From: Paramecium tetraurelia
Taxonomy: Eukaryota
Length of the DNA stretch: 64,000 nt
Reading direction: 5' to 3'
Assembly (NCBI GenBank): GCA_000165425.1
Contig: CT868027.1
Location: 124,001 to 188,000 of the forward strand
Shown here: positions 12,905-25,818 of the stretch, piece by piece
Layout of the letters: every line of letters starts with the position of its first letter
How positions within the stretch are numbered: the first letter of the stretch is position 1
Program-made: the position numbers and the translations under genes
Notes under the pieces: generated by a model
Told to the model about the DNA's origin: nothing
Databases searched by the model: none
The model's input: the letters and a program-made list of their open reading frames with translations, nothing else

Positions 12905-15621
12905 TCATGAAAAGCAGTCAAGAAATACATCACTTTCTTCATTAGGTTCCTAATGTTACGATAATTGTTATAGTTACCTCCTAGAATACATAAATATTTC
13001 TTTCGCTTATATATTGATAATTTTTGCTTATAATTTCATGTACAAAATATTACTCATCCTAATATAATGAATTAATATTACATCATCATTTCCTACCCAC
13101 TCTTATCCTCTCCACACATAAACCTGCAAGACTTATTTATTAATTTCTTTTATTAAGATGCATAACTGAGATTGATCCAGATCCTCTAAATCGAACATCA
13201 ATAGATAATCATCTGAATTTGGATAAATGTAAAATGCCTTCTTTTCAACATGAACCTCCTCGACCCTGTCTGAACTATATAATTAAATATTGGATTCTTT
13301 TTCTTTATTAAATTCATTCTCATCAACTTCTTCATACCATTGATCCCATTCTCTTATTTTTTAGCAAATCACCCCAGGTTTACCAACTATTCCCCATAAA
13401 CCCCAAAACATTTCAGATTCATTTTCAGCTTCCATCAATATGGGTTGTATATTGGGGGCCTTTTCAAATTGCTTCAAAAATTTAGTATAATCAAGGGCAT
13501 ATTGGATGAATCTAATTTAAAAAAAAGAATTACTTTTCTGTCTTATTACATTCAGGTCCAATCCACAAATACAAATCATGTTCTGAAAGCACTAAAAAGA
13601 CTCCTCGACTATCAAATGTTCTCAACACCTTGCCAGAATACAATTAATCCATAAGCATTCTGCATGCAATACTTTATGGTCCACTAACTCCTCTGCCAAC
13701 TGCGAATACTCTTGGAGCAATAGGTATACTATCATATGAGGCTTGTAATCTCTTTTGAAATAGCAACAATTAAACTGTAAATCCCATATTAGGCGATGCT
13801 ACTCCTCTATTTTTCTTAATAATATCGAATGCTTGAGAATAAGTAATTTATTAGGAAATGATTAAATAAGCTATACACAGGGATACAGATCTTGATACTC
13901 CCTAAACACAATGAATCAACACTTTTCCATTATTTTTTTTCGCATTTTCAATGATGGAAATAACTTCATAAAATAAGCATTCTATATTTTCTGTCTTTGA
14001 ATCCTTCAGATAATAAGTTTGATAAAAGAAATCATCAGGATACTTATTTTTACATACATCTCCAGCACAATTGACTACATGAGTGACTCCAATTTATTTC
14101 AATACCTCTTTATTGTAAGCAATTTGTTCCCCTCCAACATAAAGAAAATTAGGAATTACAGATGAGCATTGTTCTGCAAAATGTTAAATTTTTAATTTTT
14201 TCCTATCTGTATCTCTGATATCGAAATTGAATCCATTTGAATCCTCTTCTTCAATATCTTAATATGTGGTATCATCTCGTTATAATTTCAGACTTGCTAA
14301 TGGCAATTTCATAGGTTTTATTTTTTCATTGTCATTGCACTCAACTCCCTCTACTAATGGAACTCCTATACTGACTTCTTGAGAATGAGTCTTGCAATTT
14401 AAATCTAGTTTAGGAATGTTTATTGCAGGAACTTTGCTTTTTATTTATGCAGGTAAATTAAATTAAAATGTATTATTGTTTGCTATTGGTTATTGTTATG
14501 GGCTAGTATCTTCATATCTATTGTTTTCTCTAGAACGACTAGAAATTGGTTTTGAACTTTCCTTTGAAATTGATGGAGACCCTTCATTGGAGATCTCATG
14601 TATTTTGTTGTTAATTTCATTTGAGTTTCTTCTTGGTAAGGCTAATTCTTTGAATGCATCTCTTGGTTAGGCATCTCTACTAGTCAAAGATTCTCTGAGA
14701 TTCAATTTAGGTTTTTGAATAACTTTGTTGTTGTTAGAATTTTAAATTTGTTCATCATTTAAATCAACATGAATAAATTATGATGCGTATGCCTATGTAT
14801 TTTATTTTTTAGCTAGAAAATCTGCCAATTTAGAGAACTCCTTCCTCTTTTCAGGGACTGGAAACAGAAAATTAAACAAATACACAGTTTCTCTTACTTA
14901 ATTTTCAGTTTCGATATTAGTAGTAGAGGATGTTTAGGCACTGCTTTGTAATGTCAAAATTGATCCTTTAGACAACTTTTTATTTTTAATTATGCCACCA
15001 CTAAAGAGTATTTCAAGTAAGGGATCTCTTCCTCTATTTAACAAGTTTTCTAATTCAAAAGCATTGGATAAGGCTGATGCTTTAATTAAGGGATTGGCTG
15101 CTTTGCCATTCCATACAAAAATCATATACTCGTAAATATTTGACGTTGAGGGGTTTTACTATCTTTGAGGGAGCAAAAAGGATTCTAGATGGCTTTCTGA
15201 TGCTGCTACTGGTTCCTCCAATCCTCTGGGAGTTAGGTTGGAGTAAGATTCAACGACGCCCCACATTTGATGAGGGAAGTTAGTGAATTGATTGTACTCT
15301 ATGTTAATTAAACAATGTTATACCTTCTTAGGCCTTTTTGTACACCAACAATACAAGATAGCATTCAGTTGACAGAAAATTAAAACCGCTAGTTTAGATG
15401 GTGCTTAAATTAATTGGTTCAGATTTAACTTTCTTTAAGGGGTGCTTGTCCTCTTAAAATTTCCAAATCTGATAATTTTGAAATTTATATACTTTTAAGT
15501 GTTAGGTTATACTTTCAGGAATGTTACTATCGAATTTAATCTTCTCCAATAATTTCGTATTGAGTTCTAAAATGTCCTCCAAATTTGAAACATGCTTGTC
15601 TATACTCAATTTGGATCCCAT
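12905..15621 (-). CDS. Dual-specificity (MAP kinase) phosphatase with gelsolin/villin-like repeats (plant MKP1-like architecture)
   Basis: MGSKLS start; gelsolin-like IFVWNGKAA; active site LIHCVQGVSRSVSLCIAYL (Q encoded by TAG); ASPNMGF; FDSRGVFLV...LYLWIG; FYVWRG...EEPNEESDVFLDCFS-TGA. Confidence 0.88.
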
Positions 15622-15753
15622 AATTTATATAAATAATTAATATTATATTTTAGAATAATATTTTCAAATATCATCCACGGATAATCTCACAGTAGATTCC
15701 CTCTATAAAAATATATTCAATTATTTTATTTAACTAAATAAATTTTAATTTTT

Positions 15754-16818
15754 ATGGATTAACAAAATTATACAATAGTTGGAGTGATGTCAGGAACATC
15801 ACTTGATGGAATAGATTTAGCATTAATTCAATTTGAAAACATGAATCAACAATGGCATTATAAAATTTTGAGTGCTCAAACTTACTTATACGAATAGTCT
15901 TGGATTGATCTACTTAAAAATGCTCATACCTTACAATAAGGTGAAATAGAAAGTTTTAATCTAAATTATACTCATCATTTAGCATAAAAAATTAATAAAT
16001 TCACTTCTCAATTTTAAGATGTCAAAATAGATGCCATATGTTCTCATGGACATACAATCATACATAAACCAAAAGAAGGAATTACAATACAAATAGGTAA
16101 CCTACCAATATTAAGCCAACTTGTTAAGACAACAGTTGTGTGTGATTTCAGAGTTTAAGATGTTAAATTAGGGGGAAATGGAGCACCTTTGGTACCACTT
16201 GGAGACAGAATTCTGTTTCATGAATATCATTATCGCATTAATTTAGGTGGATTCTCAAATATCTCATATGAAAGAGAAAATGTTACTCTTGCATATGATA
16301 TTTGTCCCGTAAACACTGTTCTGAATAGGCTAGCCTTTCCAAAAAACTATGATGAAAATGGGGATATCTCAAAAAGTGGAAATGTTAATCCAAATTTATT
16401 AGATCAATTAAATAATTTAGAGTATTATAAACTTTCACACCCAAAAAGTCTAGGAGTTGAATGGGTTTACGATTGTATTTTACCTTTACTTGATTCATCT
16501 AATCTGTCTTAATAAGATAAACTTTGCACATTTTGTGAACACATTGCTTATTAAATTGGGAAATCAATAGAGAAGAAGGATGAAAAGGTTCTATTCACAG
16601 GAGGTGGTGTATAAAATAAATACTTAATGGAGAGAATTCATCATTATGTCAAAAATGTTTAAATTTTAGATTAATAAGCATCTGATTTTAAAGAGGCCTT
16701 AATTTTTGGATTGCTTGGAGTGCTTAAATTAAGAAATGAAATTAATGTGTTGAGTAGTGTAACAGGAGCAAGTCATGATCACTCTAGTGGATATATTTAT
16801 AAATATTAAGAAAATTGA
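15754..16818 (+). CDS. anmK: Anhydro-N-acetylmuramic acid kinase (AnmK/levoglucosan kinase family), bacterial-type, 354 aa, intronless
   Basis: [93 protein letters not shown] and SVTGA in one frame. Confidence 0.95.
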
Positions 16819-16861
16819 ACTTAGGAGTAATTTGATTATAATTAAATATATATTTTAATAG

Positions 16862-18131
16862 TCAGAAACATTTACTCTTAAAAGGGTTTTTAATGTTTGG
16901 GAAGCATAATTATTTTACTTTATTTTCTATTGGATGAGGGATGACACAAAACTTACTGAAAAATTAATGTTTGAGACATAAAGAGGCTGAAGGTCGATAC
17001 TTCTTATGTCCAATCATCAAAAGTAAGAGTTATCTTTATTCTAAGTCCAATATCTTCGAAGATACTTTGATTTAGTTTAGTTGATTCAATAAAATTAAAT
17101 GATTCTTATCTTAATATTCTGGATACAGTTTCTGTCCAGATAATAAAGAATGAAATATGCTTCCTAAACTATAAATATCAACTAGTTCATCATAGTCTTC
17201 TTGATTTAAAATCTCAGGAGCCATGTATCCAGGTGTACCACATCTTACTTAAGTTTAGTAACCAATTTCTACAGCTAAGCCAAAATCAATTATTTTTATA
17301 GATTTTATATCATTTTAATTTTCCAAAACGATATTATCTAATTTTAAATCTCTATGAATGACTCCCAATTTATGTAAGTGTTTTACACCTTTTAGGAGTC
17401 TCTTCATGATGTACTTGATCTCTTCTATTTCTAAGGCTTTGTCTCTTTCTACTAGATAATTATATAAAAGTTCCACCTCTACAGTACTTCATAACAAAGA
17501 TTATTTCATTGGAATCTTTGTAAACTTCATCAATTTCGAGAATACTTTGGTATTTTTATTGATTTAATTCGAAAACAATGTTTAATTCCTGCTGGACCTT
17601 TGACTGAAATAGTTCATATAATATACTTAATCATTAATTTTGACAAATTTAACTAATCTTAGTTCTCCTGTTTCTGTTTGAACGTATTTGGAAATCTATT
17701 TAGCTAATATCATTACTTAGACATCTTCTTTTTACATAAAAGAACTTTTAAATTGATAATAATTATTAAAGTCTGTGTACAATACACTCCCATCGAGTAA
17801 TTACTTTAATTATATCAGTTTTTCTGCATCGGCCAAATAAGTTATCGACTTTTAAGCCATAGAAAAATTGCATTAATATGAAACTTTAAACCCTTTGAGG
17901 ATATTCTCACTAAATTATATATTATGTAATATACTTATATATCCAACTTATTGTTGTCAAATGAGATCGAAGCTGAATTTCTCTGCTCCTTTGCTCCAAT
18001 CCTACATCAATGTTGGACTGATCTTAGTTTTCATTGCTTATCATCAATTTTCTTTTGTACAAGAATAATTTTCTTGGCATATTGTTTTTTGCATTGCTTA
18101 CATCACAGGTAAATATGATATCTTTGTTCAT
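16862..18131 (-). CDS. Ser/Thr protein kinase (CAMK-like) with degenerate N-lobe
   Basis: MKYCRGG, HRDLKLDNI, IIDFGLA, CGTPGYMAPE and DIYSLG; no clear GxGxxG; TGA at 16862-16864. Confidence 0.85.
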
Positions 18132-19251
18132 TCTGATTTAAAAATATAAATTATAAGAATCAAGAAAACAATAATCGAATATATAAATCCAAATTAAATC
18201 TTTAAGAATGTGAATAATGAGTAAAGAATATCGATCTATTGAAATTTGGCTAAATGATTGTATTTTTGATAGGGATGAAGCAATTAAGAGTTAGTGTAAC
18301 TTGAATATTATTGATAACTATAAATTGTTTTAAATTTCAATATTTTTGACTAGGGGACGAAATTTAAGTGAATTAAATGGAGGTTGATTACAAATATGCT
18401 CAGAAGTTCAAGTAATCAAAAATCCATAAAAGAGTGACATATTAATTAAAAAATAAAGTTTAATTGTTTTACATAAACAAACAAAAAAGATTAATTATAA
18501 TTTGCATTTATAATAATGTTATAACACTATATTTTGAATTTTCACTTACTAATTTAAACACTTTTGGTGTCTTTTAAAAAGTAATTTTTTTAGTCGTTTA
18601 TCGTTTTATTTAAGACTGCAGGAGAAAATCTTAATTAAACTATTTTTAGCAGAATTTGTCCTGAGGATATTTGATTTCACTTTTTGTATTAAATTTATTG
18701 ATACATACAGTTCCAGGAACAAACGAAATAATGATCATTATTATTAATAAGTGAAAGTGATTTCCATAACATTTTTATAGTATTATCTAGGATTTTGTAT
18801 ATTTTGATCTTTTTAAATTATAATGAAGAAATATAAAAATTTTTAATTAATTACAATTATCCTAGAATGTCCTTATATTGTCATAATTTTACTATTTTTC
18901 ATTGACAACTAGTTGCTCCTATTATTCAAAGTATTTCGCATTAGAAATTTTTAGTCATAAGTTCTATTTATTGATACATTTATCTAGATATCTTCCTATT
19001 TTATTCTCCATGTATTGAAATACTCAAGCTTTATAACAATGATTTTCTTTAAGCATTCAAATAATATAAACTAATTAATAAATAACAGTATTTATATTAT
19101 ATTTATATAAATTATCATCCAAAAGAAGAAAATTTAAATAAACTATATAATTATCAGAAACAATGTTTAAGGCTCTAAATTACATTTAAAACTTAATAGC
19201 AATTCTAAAATTATATGAAAACAAAAAAACAATTTTTAACGAATTAATCAC

Positions 19252-20137
19252 TCATTTTTAATCTACTTTTTTTGCTATAGAAATGATCTCCTGCCTTATA
19301 GATTTATTATAAATTTTAGGATATCTAGTATTGGTGCTGATATCTGAAGGGTTTGAATTTTAGTGAAATAATTTGTTGTAAACACTATCTTATATGGCTT
19401 TTCTGATTGAAATTGATGGGATGGGTTCATGAGTTGATTTGATTGTGCATCTGAAATCTTTGGGATTGAGCTCATCTTTTTCAAATTTCCTAGAGAAATC
19501 GCCTAAAGCTTCAAAGCCTTCGATGTAGACATCGGTAAAATATTGGGGTTCTGTAGGTTTTGGATAAACAGTAGTGAGAAATCCTCTTTCAGTTTTCCAT
19601 TTGTCTTTGGAATGTGTTTTCCATTGCGGGAAATAGACCATAGTCATATCTTTGGCAGTGTCGTCTATTATACTTTTATTATATTAATTTGCTTGGTTGG
19701 CTTGATCTTTTCTCAATTTGGGCCTGTTTTCATAGGACCATTAGGGTCCTTCCAACGATTGGACTCTTTCTCTTAATTTAATTTTGGGGCCTTCAGCATA
19801 TAATTCTCTAGGCAAATGGGATTGTGAGAAATCTTCAACAATGTATTGGATTCTTTGGTCGTTGGTGAGAAACCTATTTAGTATGAGGAGTAAAACTTGG
19901 ATAGAGTGATGGGTTTGTTGGTTTCTCTTGGTATTTTGGAGGTGGGGTAAAGTCCATTGAGGAGGCCTTGTATATAGAGGGGGGAGACATACAATTAGCG
20001 AATGCGGGATCAAGAGATTGAATAAAGTGTTGTCGACGATCGTTGAAAGAGTTGTTGAGTGCGGCATTTGATTTTTTCGATGTTTTTGGGTTTGAGAGAG
20101 AGGCAGTTCTTTTCTTTTGTTGGAAGTAATTATTCAT
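19252..20137 (-). CDS. Hypothetical protein
   Basis: MNNYFQQKKRTASLSNPK... to ...SIAKKVDQK-TGA. Joins the track ORFs 19874-20137 and 19390-19647; length implies at least one intron. Confidence 0.7.
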
Positions 20138-20152
20138 GAAAATAAAATAAAA

Positions 20153-22804
20153 ATGGCATACGAAAATTGTGTAGTTTGCGGGAAAAGATAAGATGGTTTA
20201 TATAAGTTGGTGCCTCATTTTAGATCAAGTCATCCTAGCAAATACATTCATAAGATGTGTCTGCTTTTATTTCGCTCCGATTGGAATCATCGAGTTGCTG
20301 CGAATGAGGAATTGTATTACAATGACTACAGAAGACATTGTTCGATATGTGATAAACGAAGTAAGTAACAGGTGGTTAGATGTGCACACAGGTATACACT
20401 TTAATTATGAAATGCAGTTCTTGTAGAAATAGATTTCATTTGGACTGCTTAAATAATCCTGTAATCTAAGTAAACTCGAATTCGAGGAATCATTATCCAA
20501 AGCTAGATGTTTATTGTCCTGAACATTCTTTCGATTTAATTAGACCCAACAATTTGGACAAGTGCGTAGAATCCATTTTCAATGACCATCTATTAAGTTA
20601 AGAATAAGAACCTGGCTAAATTTAGAAGAGCAAACACAAAAAAAAGCATAAGAAGAAGCATTCTCGATCTAGGTCCAGATCTCATAAGAAATCACGCAGA
20701 CGATCCAGTAGCCAATGTCGATTTAGTGACAGTCGAAGTTCGAAATCATCAAAATCGCAACCCAAAAATCCTCCTCTCCCAGAAAAAGTCGGTTTATTGA
20801 TTATCCCTGAAAGCAAGATTACTGACTGTATGATAAGAGAAGTCAAAAATCTCACCTAAGCTCCTATTTTGGAAAAAGAGGAATCCTACATTGAACCTTT
20901 GCCAATCCCTCAACCTCCCCCTTAGCCAATAATTGGATAGAAGGAGGTTGAAAAATAAATAATTTATCCCCAAACTCAAAGGCCTTTTGTTGAGGATCCT
21001 GAGTTCCCCTACACTGAGAGAGAAAACAAGAGGGATCAGTCCATTTTGAAGTGGTGGGACAAAATAGAGGAAATTTACTTTAAAGGAGAAGAAAAACTAC
21101 CATACACTAAGATCGAAGAATTCAAGAACCCCTTTGAATGGTCTAATCAAGGACTGGACGAGGAATTGCTCAATTATGCTGATCAGACTAATATTGGTAT
21201 TCACTCTCATACTTATTATTATTATTAGAACCAATCATACAGTTGAGATTTCAATGTAGAGGAAGCATTAATGTTTTAATTAGATCTTCAAAAGCTCAGT
21301 ATTAGTACACTAATTGTAAAAATCTTTTAGTTTCATTCGATATAGTTTTACCGAGCATGTAGGCAAAGCAACACCCAAAGGATTGTTGAGGACCAACATA
21401 CAATTGTATAGATATTTATAAGAAACAGTTGACATTCCTACATATTCTGATAAGGAAATAGTTGGCAAAGATCTAATTTATTTAGAAGGTTGCGAATTAT
21501 CTAAGTAGGAATATTAGGATTGTTTTGAATTAGAATAACAAATTAAAGAAGTTAATTCTAAATTGGAATCTCAATTAGACATTGAAAGTGATGCAATCCA
21601 ACAATTTGATATTGTCTATCATATCTTGAATAAAGAGCTCACCTCTCTTGTCTAACTAAACAATCAATCCAGAGAGTAAATCAATATCCAAATCAACGAC
21701 CAAAATTTCAAAATACTAAACACTCAATAGCAACTACTGATGGACTTATTAAAGTGGTCTTAAATAGTCAAAGCCTTCATCAATGGATACAAAGACAAAA
21801 ATGAAGATGTGTTAAATTCCTTTTATCCTTGCCAATTAACATTGACATCACAATCCTCCCAAAAAGCTTAGTAAAAGAAGAAGAAAATCCACTCCAAAGA
21901 AAATACTCAACCTTTAGACACAGACTGCAAAATCTGTTTTGATTATCATTATACAGATATCAACCCGGTTATCTACTGCGGAAAGTGTTCAACATCATTT
22001 CATAAGAATTGCTATGGTTTGACTGGACCCCTTGATGAAGATGATGTTATTTGTGAAGCATGTAGCTATGAATCCTCAAAGTTGTATTAATTCAGAAGAG
22101 GTATATCCATTAGATTTATAAGGTGCTGCAAAATGTGGAATATGCAAAAAATTAGGATTGCCCTAAAAGTACATGAGAAACCACTTTTACCATGTTTCTT
22201 GTTTGCTTTTAACTAATTAAGTCATTTTATCAGACGGTGCCTATGCTGTAAGGTATAGGAAGAACGATATTAAACAATCTTGCAAAGATAATGAATAGAG
22301 TACACCTTAATGTGCTGTTTGCGGAGATTCTAAAGGTTAAATTGTCAATTGAATTTCAGGATTCCGTTTTTTGTGTTCTGGAGGGGAAACCATACCGTGT
22401 AAGCATGCCTTTCATCCCATCTGTGCTTATCTTCATGGCTTGACCATTGACATCGAAAGTGAAGATCTTGAACAGTGTTGCAAAGAACTACGGTTTGCTC
22501 AATTAAATGTGCATATCAAATGTGTCTTACATTGTAATAAAACTTTGTAAGAACTAGTATAGTAAACTTACTACAGGTATTAATTAGTCATCATATTTTA
22601 TAGGAGATTTGCACTGAATTATGAGCAGACTGCCAAATGTGGAGGGGAAGACGTATTCAAAGAGGAATTCAAGAAATCTAAAGGCTATAGGTAAGAATTT
22701 TAAGAAAACTCTTAAGATATCTCTCGCTAAAGTTACCCATTTCAAGAAATGACAATTTATAATAATTTATTAATTAAAATGGTACACCAACCCAACAGAT
22801 GTGA
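20153..22804 (+). CDS. Multi-zinc-finger chromatin reader: N-terminal ePHD plus C-terminal PHD-ePHD (PZP-like, AF10/BRPF/JADE type)
   Basis: CVVC...HKMC...CSIC...RCAH...FHLDC at the N-terminus; CKIC...YCGKCSTSFHKNCYG...CEAC; CGIC...YHVSC...CAVC...CKHAFHPICAY...CVLH. Several small introns; TGA 22802-22804. Confidence 0.85.
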
Positions 22805-23036
22805 GTAGTATTTTCATTTTATAATATTAAATATTGGATGAAGAAAGCTATAAACTATTCTTTTTTAAACGCAATCTAAGCTCTACTCTTTACCAATATT
22901 TAATATTTCAATTATTGTCAGAGTTTTGCGAGCAAAATATTTTATTTATTATCGACCACATGTCAAGCTAATAGGCTCCTAAATTTTTATAAATACCAAT
23001 CAACTTATAATATAATCATAATTTAATAATTGATAA

Positions 23037-23324
23037 ATGGGTGGGATGATATAAAAATTTAAGAATTTATATGCTAGACCTAATGAAGACTTACCAACAA
23101 AAGATGATCCAAAATTTCATAAGACAATCGAAAATTAGAATATGCATGATAAATAATTAGAGAGCCTTCAATCCCTAGAATTCAAAGAAATAGACAAACT
23201 AAAAAGAAATTTCTCCAATACTGCTGTAAGAATGATTTAAATGATGCAAGGGAAATAACATGACACTTAACCATATTAAACTCAAAAACTATAGATCAGA
23301 AAAACTATATCAGAGCTCAACTGA
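23037..23324 (+). CDS. Small hypothetical protein (about 95 aa, MG start)
   Basis: MGGMIQKFKNLYARPNED...TISELN-TGA. A possible 25-nt intron at about 23226 would change the C-terminus. Confidence 0.5.
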
Positions 23325-23400
23325 ATTAGAAAATAATTTATTTAATAAGACTTAAAGCTTATAATATAGAATAATTGATTGTAATATTATATTAAAATTA

Positions 23401-25340
23401 TCACTTAATTAATTTATTATTAACCCATCTTCCTTCTACAATCTTTTGATTCTTTGTATGAAATAGGCCAAATCCATTTATATAATCTTTCAAAAATTGA
23501 CCGCAAAACTTTTCCCCATTAGACAAGTAAAGTGTTCCTTACCCTTCTTTGTTATCGTCATTAAATTCTCCTTCATATTTGGTCCAAAAACTACATTAAA
23601 ATATAGATTTACTCTTCAATATGATCGAAATCTTGATAATTGAATGGCTCATTCAACTGAGATGCCATTTCATTATACAATACTCCATAACCTTAAAATT
23701 TATCTTGATTCCACGATCCTTTATAAGCAGGATTACCATTTGAATAATAAAGAGTACCTATAAAATTTTAATAAATTAAGATACCATAGCCGTGCATATG
23801 ATTAAACTGCCAGTTTCCATCATAATATCCTCCATCTTTATAATAAAAGATCCCTTGTCCATGTCTCATCCCATTGAATTTATAACCATTATATTTAGAA
23901 CCATCTTGGTACTATTCATTTACGAAGATTTCTCCTTAAGAGGAAAATCCAGAGATATGAGGTTATGGTTGTTGTTGGGGAAGATCAAAAGGGATTGAAA
24001 ATTGTTATTAGGATTCTTTCACATTAATATTGCTAAGCTTTAACTAAAAGTTTTTATTAACATGTTGATCAGTGTGATCTTGTAATGGTAAATTTGATGA
24101 TCTATTAGTGAAATTGTCATCATTCTCAGTATTGTCTATATTTTCATCGATTTTTGATGGTTTCGAAATTTATTAAGAGTAAATGACCTATTAAACAAAG
24201 TCAGAATTGTCAGGTTGGTTAGGCTGAACCACATCCTCCTGCATTCTACTGGCCATAGTAGAATTCGTATTTGATTGTTCAGTAATAATTTCTCTTAGAG
24301 ACGGCTTCTTAGCATTTGTATTAGATTTCGAACTTTTGATTTATTTCATGATTGGAACAGTTTACTATTAATTTTGTACAATGGATTGATGTTGTGAATG
24401 TTATGAGATGGAACATTATTATTAATCTAATGGATTAAATGATCTAAGCTAATATTTAAAATTAGTAATTGATGCTTATTCCTAATATTTTTAGTCTAAT
24501 AATTTAGACAAGACCACAAAATCAGGTCTTTATGTTTCTTAGATTGATAACATAGATTGGATGACCTCAAATAATTAGGGTTACACAAGAGTGTTTAATT
24601 GATGTAATTTGGTTAGTAGTACCTCTTCAACTAAATACAATTATTTGTAGCAATCAACAATTGGGGTTTTTAGAATACACTATAACATGCACATTCCAAG
24701 TGTGAATACATCACTCTTGTAAGGGTTATGTTGGGGTTGAAATTCCTTTTATCTTAGAGCCATAGTTTGTTAAGGTGATAGAAATAGATCATTGAGTTTA
24801 TTATTTTAGAAGAGCTGTTAAAAGTTCGTGGATTACTCATAAAGAGAAGGATCACATATTTTAGGAGGTAAGTATAAGGTTTTTGATGAGATATGTTCAT
24901 GCGAAATGGATTTATTTTATAAGTCTTCTAGTGCTCTAACATATCCAAACAAAACCGCCCAATAATCTTGGGATGACAACTAAGTTGCAGATAATTGGGA
25001 ATTTGGATGCTCAATCAAAACATAGATTTTAAAAAATTGGCTACAAACTTATTGATCTTGGGTAGTGTAGATGTCAAGAATTTTGAGAATGTATTGATTT
25101 TGAATTAATTATTGCTTATTTTCGAATTATTTTTTATTTTTCTTAAAAAGAGTCTCATCAGTGTAGGTGTACTCTTTCAAAATAAGTTTGACTTTAGGAT
25201 TTGATTTATTGACTAGGACTGTACAATCTCCAAATTCTAAATTGATTGATTGAATTACATTCATCTCTTGTTTTGGTTGGTTGATATTCAGAATACAATT
25301 AGGCGAGCTTAGTGGATTCTTAGCTATTATTATTTCCCAT
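23401..25340 (-). CDS. N-myristoylated pseudokinase with C-terminal MORN repeats
   Basis: MGNNNS start; FGDC N-lobe like the 1985 gene; FLSPQQ and YKSDVFTLG; MORN repeats GMRHGQGIFYYKDGGYYDGNWQFNHMHGYG, YKGSWNQDKFQGYG and YEGEFNDDNKEGQG. Confidence 0.85.
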
Positions 25341-25818
25341 TCAAAATTAACGAATATTTAATAATAATGATTACAATTCTGAAGAATATTTTATAATATA
25401 TGTTGTACTTTTGGGTTTTAGTACAACTGCATCCCTATTCATATGTTTAGATCAAGAATATAATTAACAATATCCATCATATGTTATCTCTCTTTTAACT
25501 CATTTGTCCCTAATTCCATTTGTTGATGATAGACAAAGGATGTTGCTTTCAATATTTAAAAACTTATCTCCTCAATGTATTATTGCTTTGGTTTGGATTT
25601 ACTTAATACTGAAAACTGCAATAATAGTGTCCATGATGTTTCTAGCATTATAAAGAATTTTAATGAATATGTAGAAAGGTTACTTACAATTTCTTATTGG
25701 ATTAAGCGAAATATTTGGTAATACTTTTTGGATATCTGTGTTTAAGAGACACTATCAAGATTGTAATATTAAATGAAGTACTTACATTTATAGTAATAAT
25801 GAATATTATTTATAATTA

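Noticed and set aside
15754..16818. anmK as bacterial contamination or chimeric assembly
   Set aside because: Many in-frame TAA/TAG Gln codons, a TGA stop and host-like AT content show integration into the ciliate genome.
25402..25427. 8-bp hairpin with a telomere-like TTTGGG loop
   Set aside because: A single hexamer and short stem are expected by chance; there is no telomeric array.
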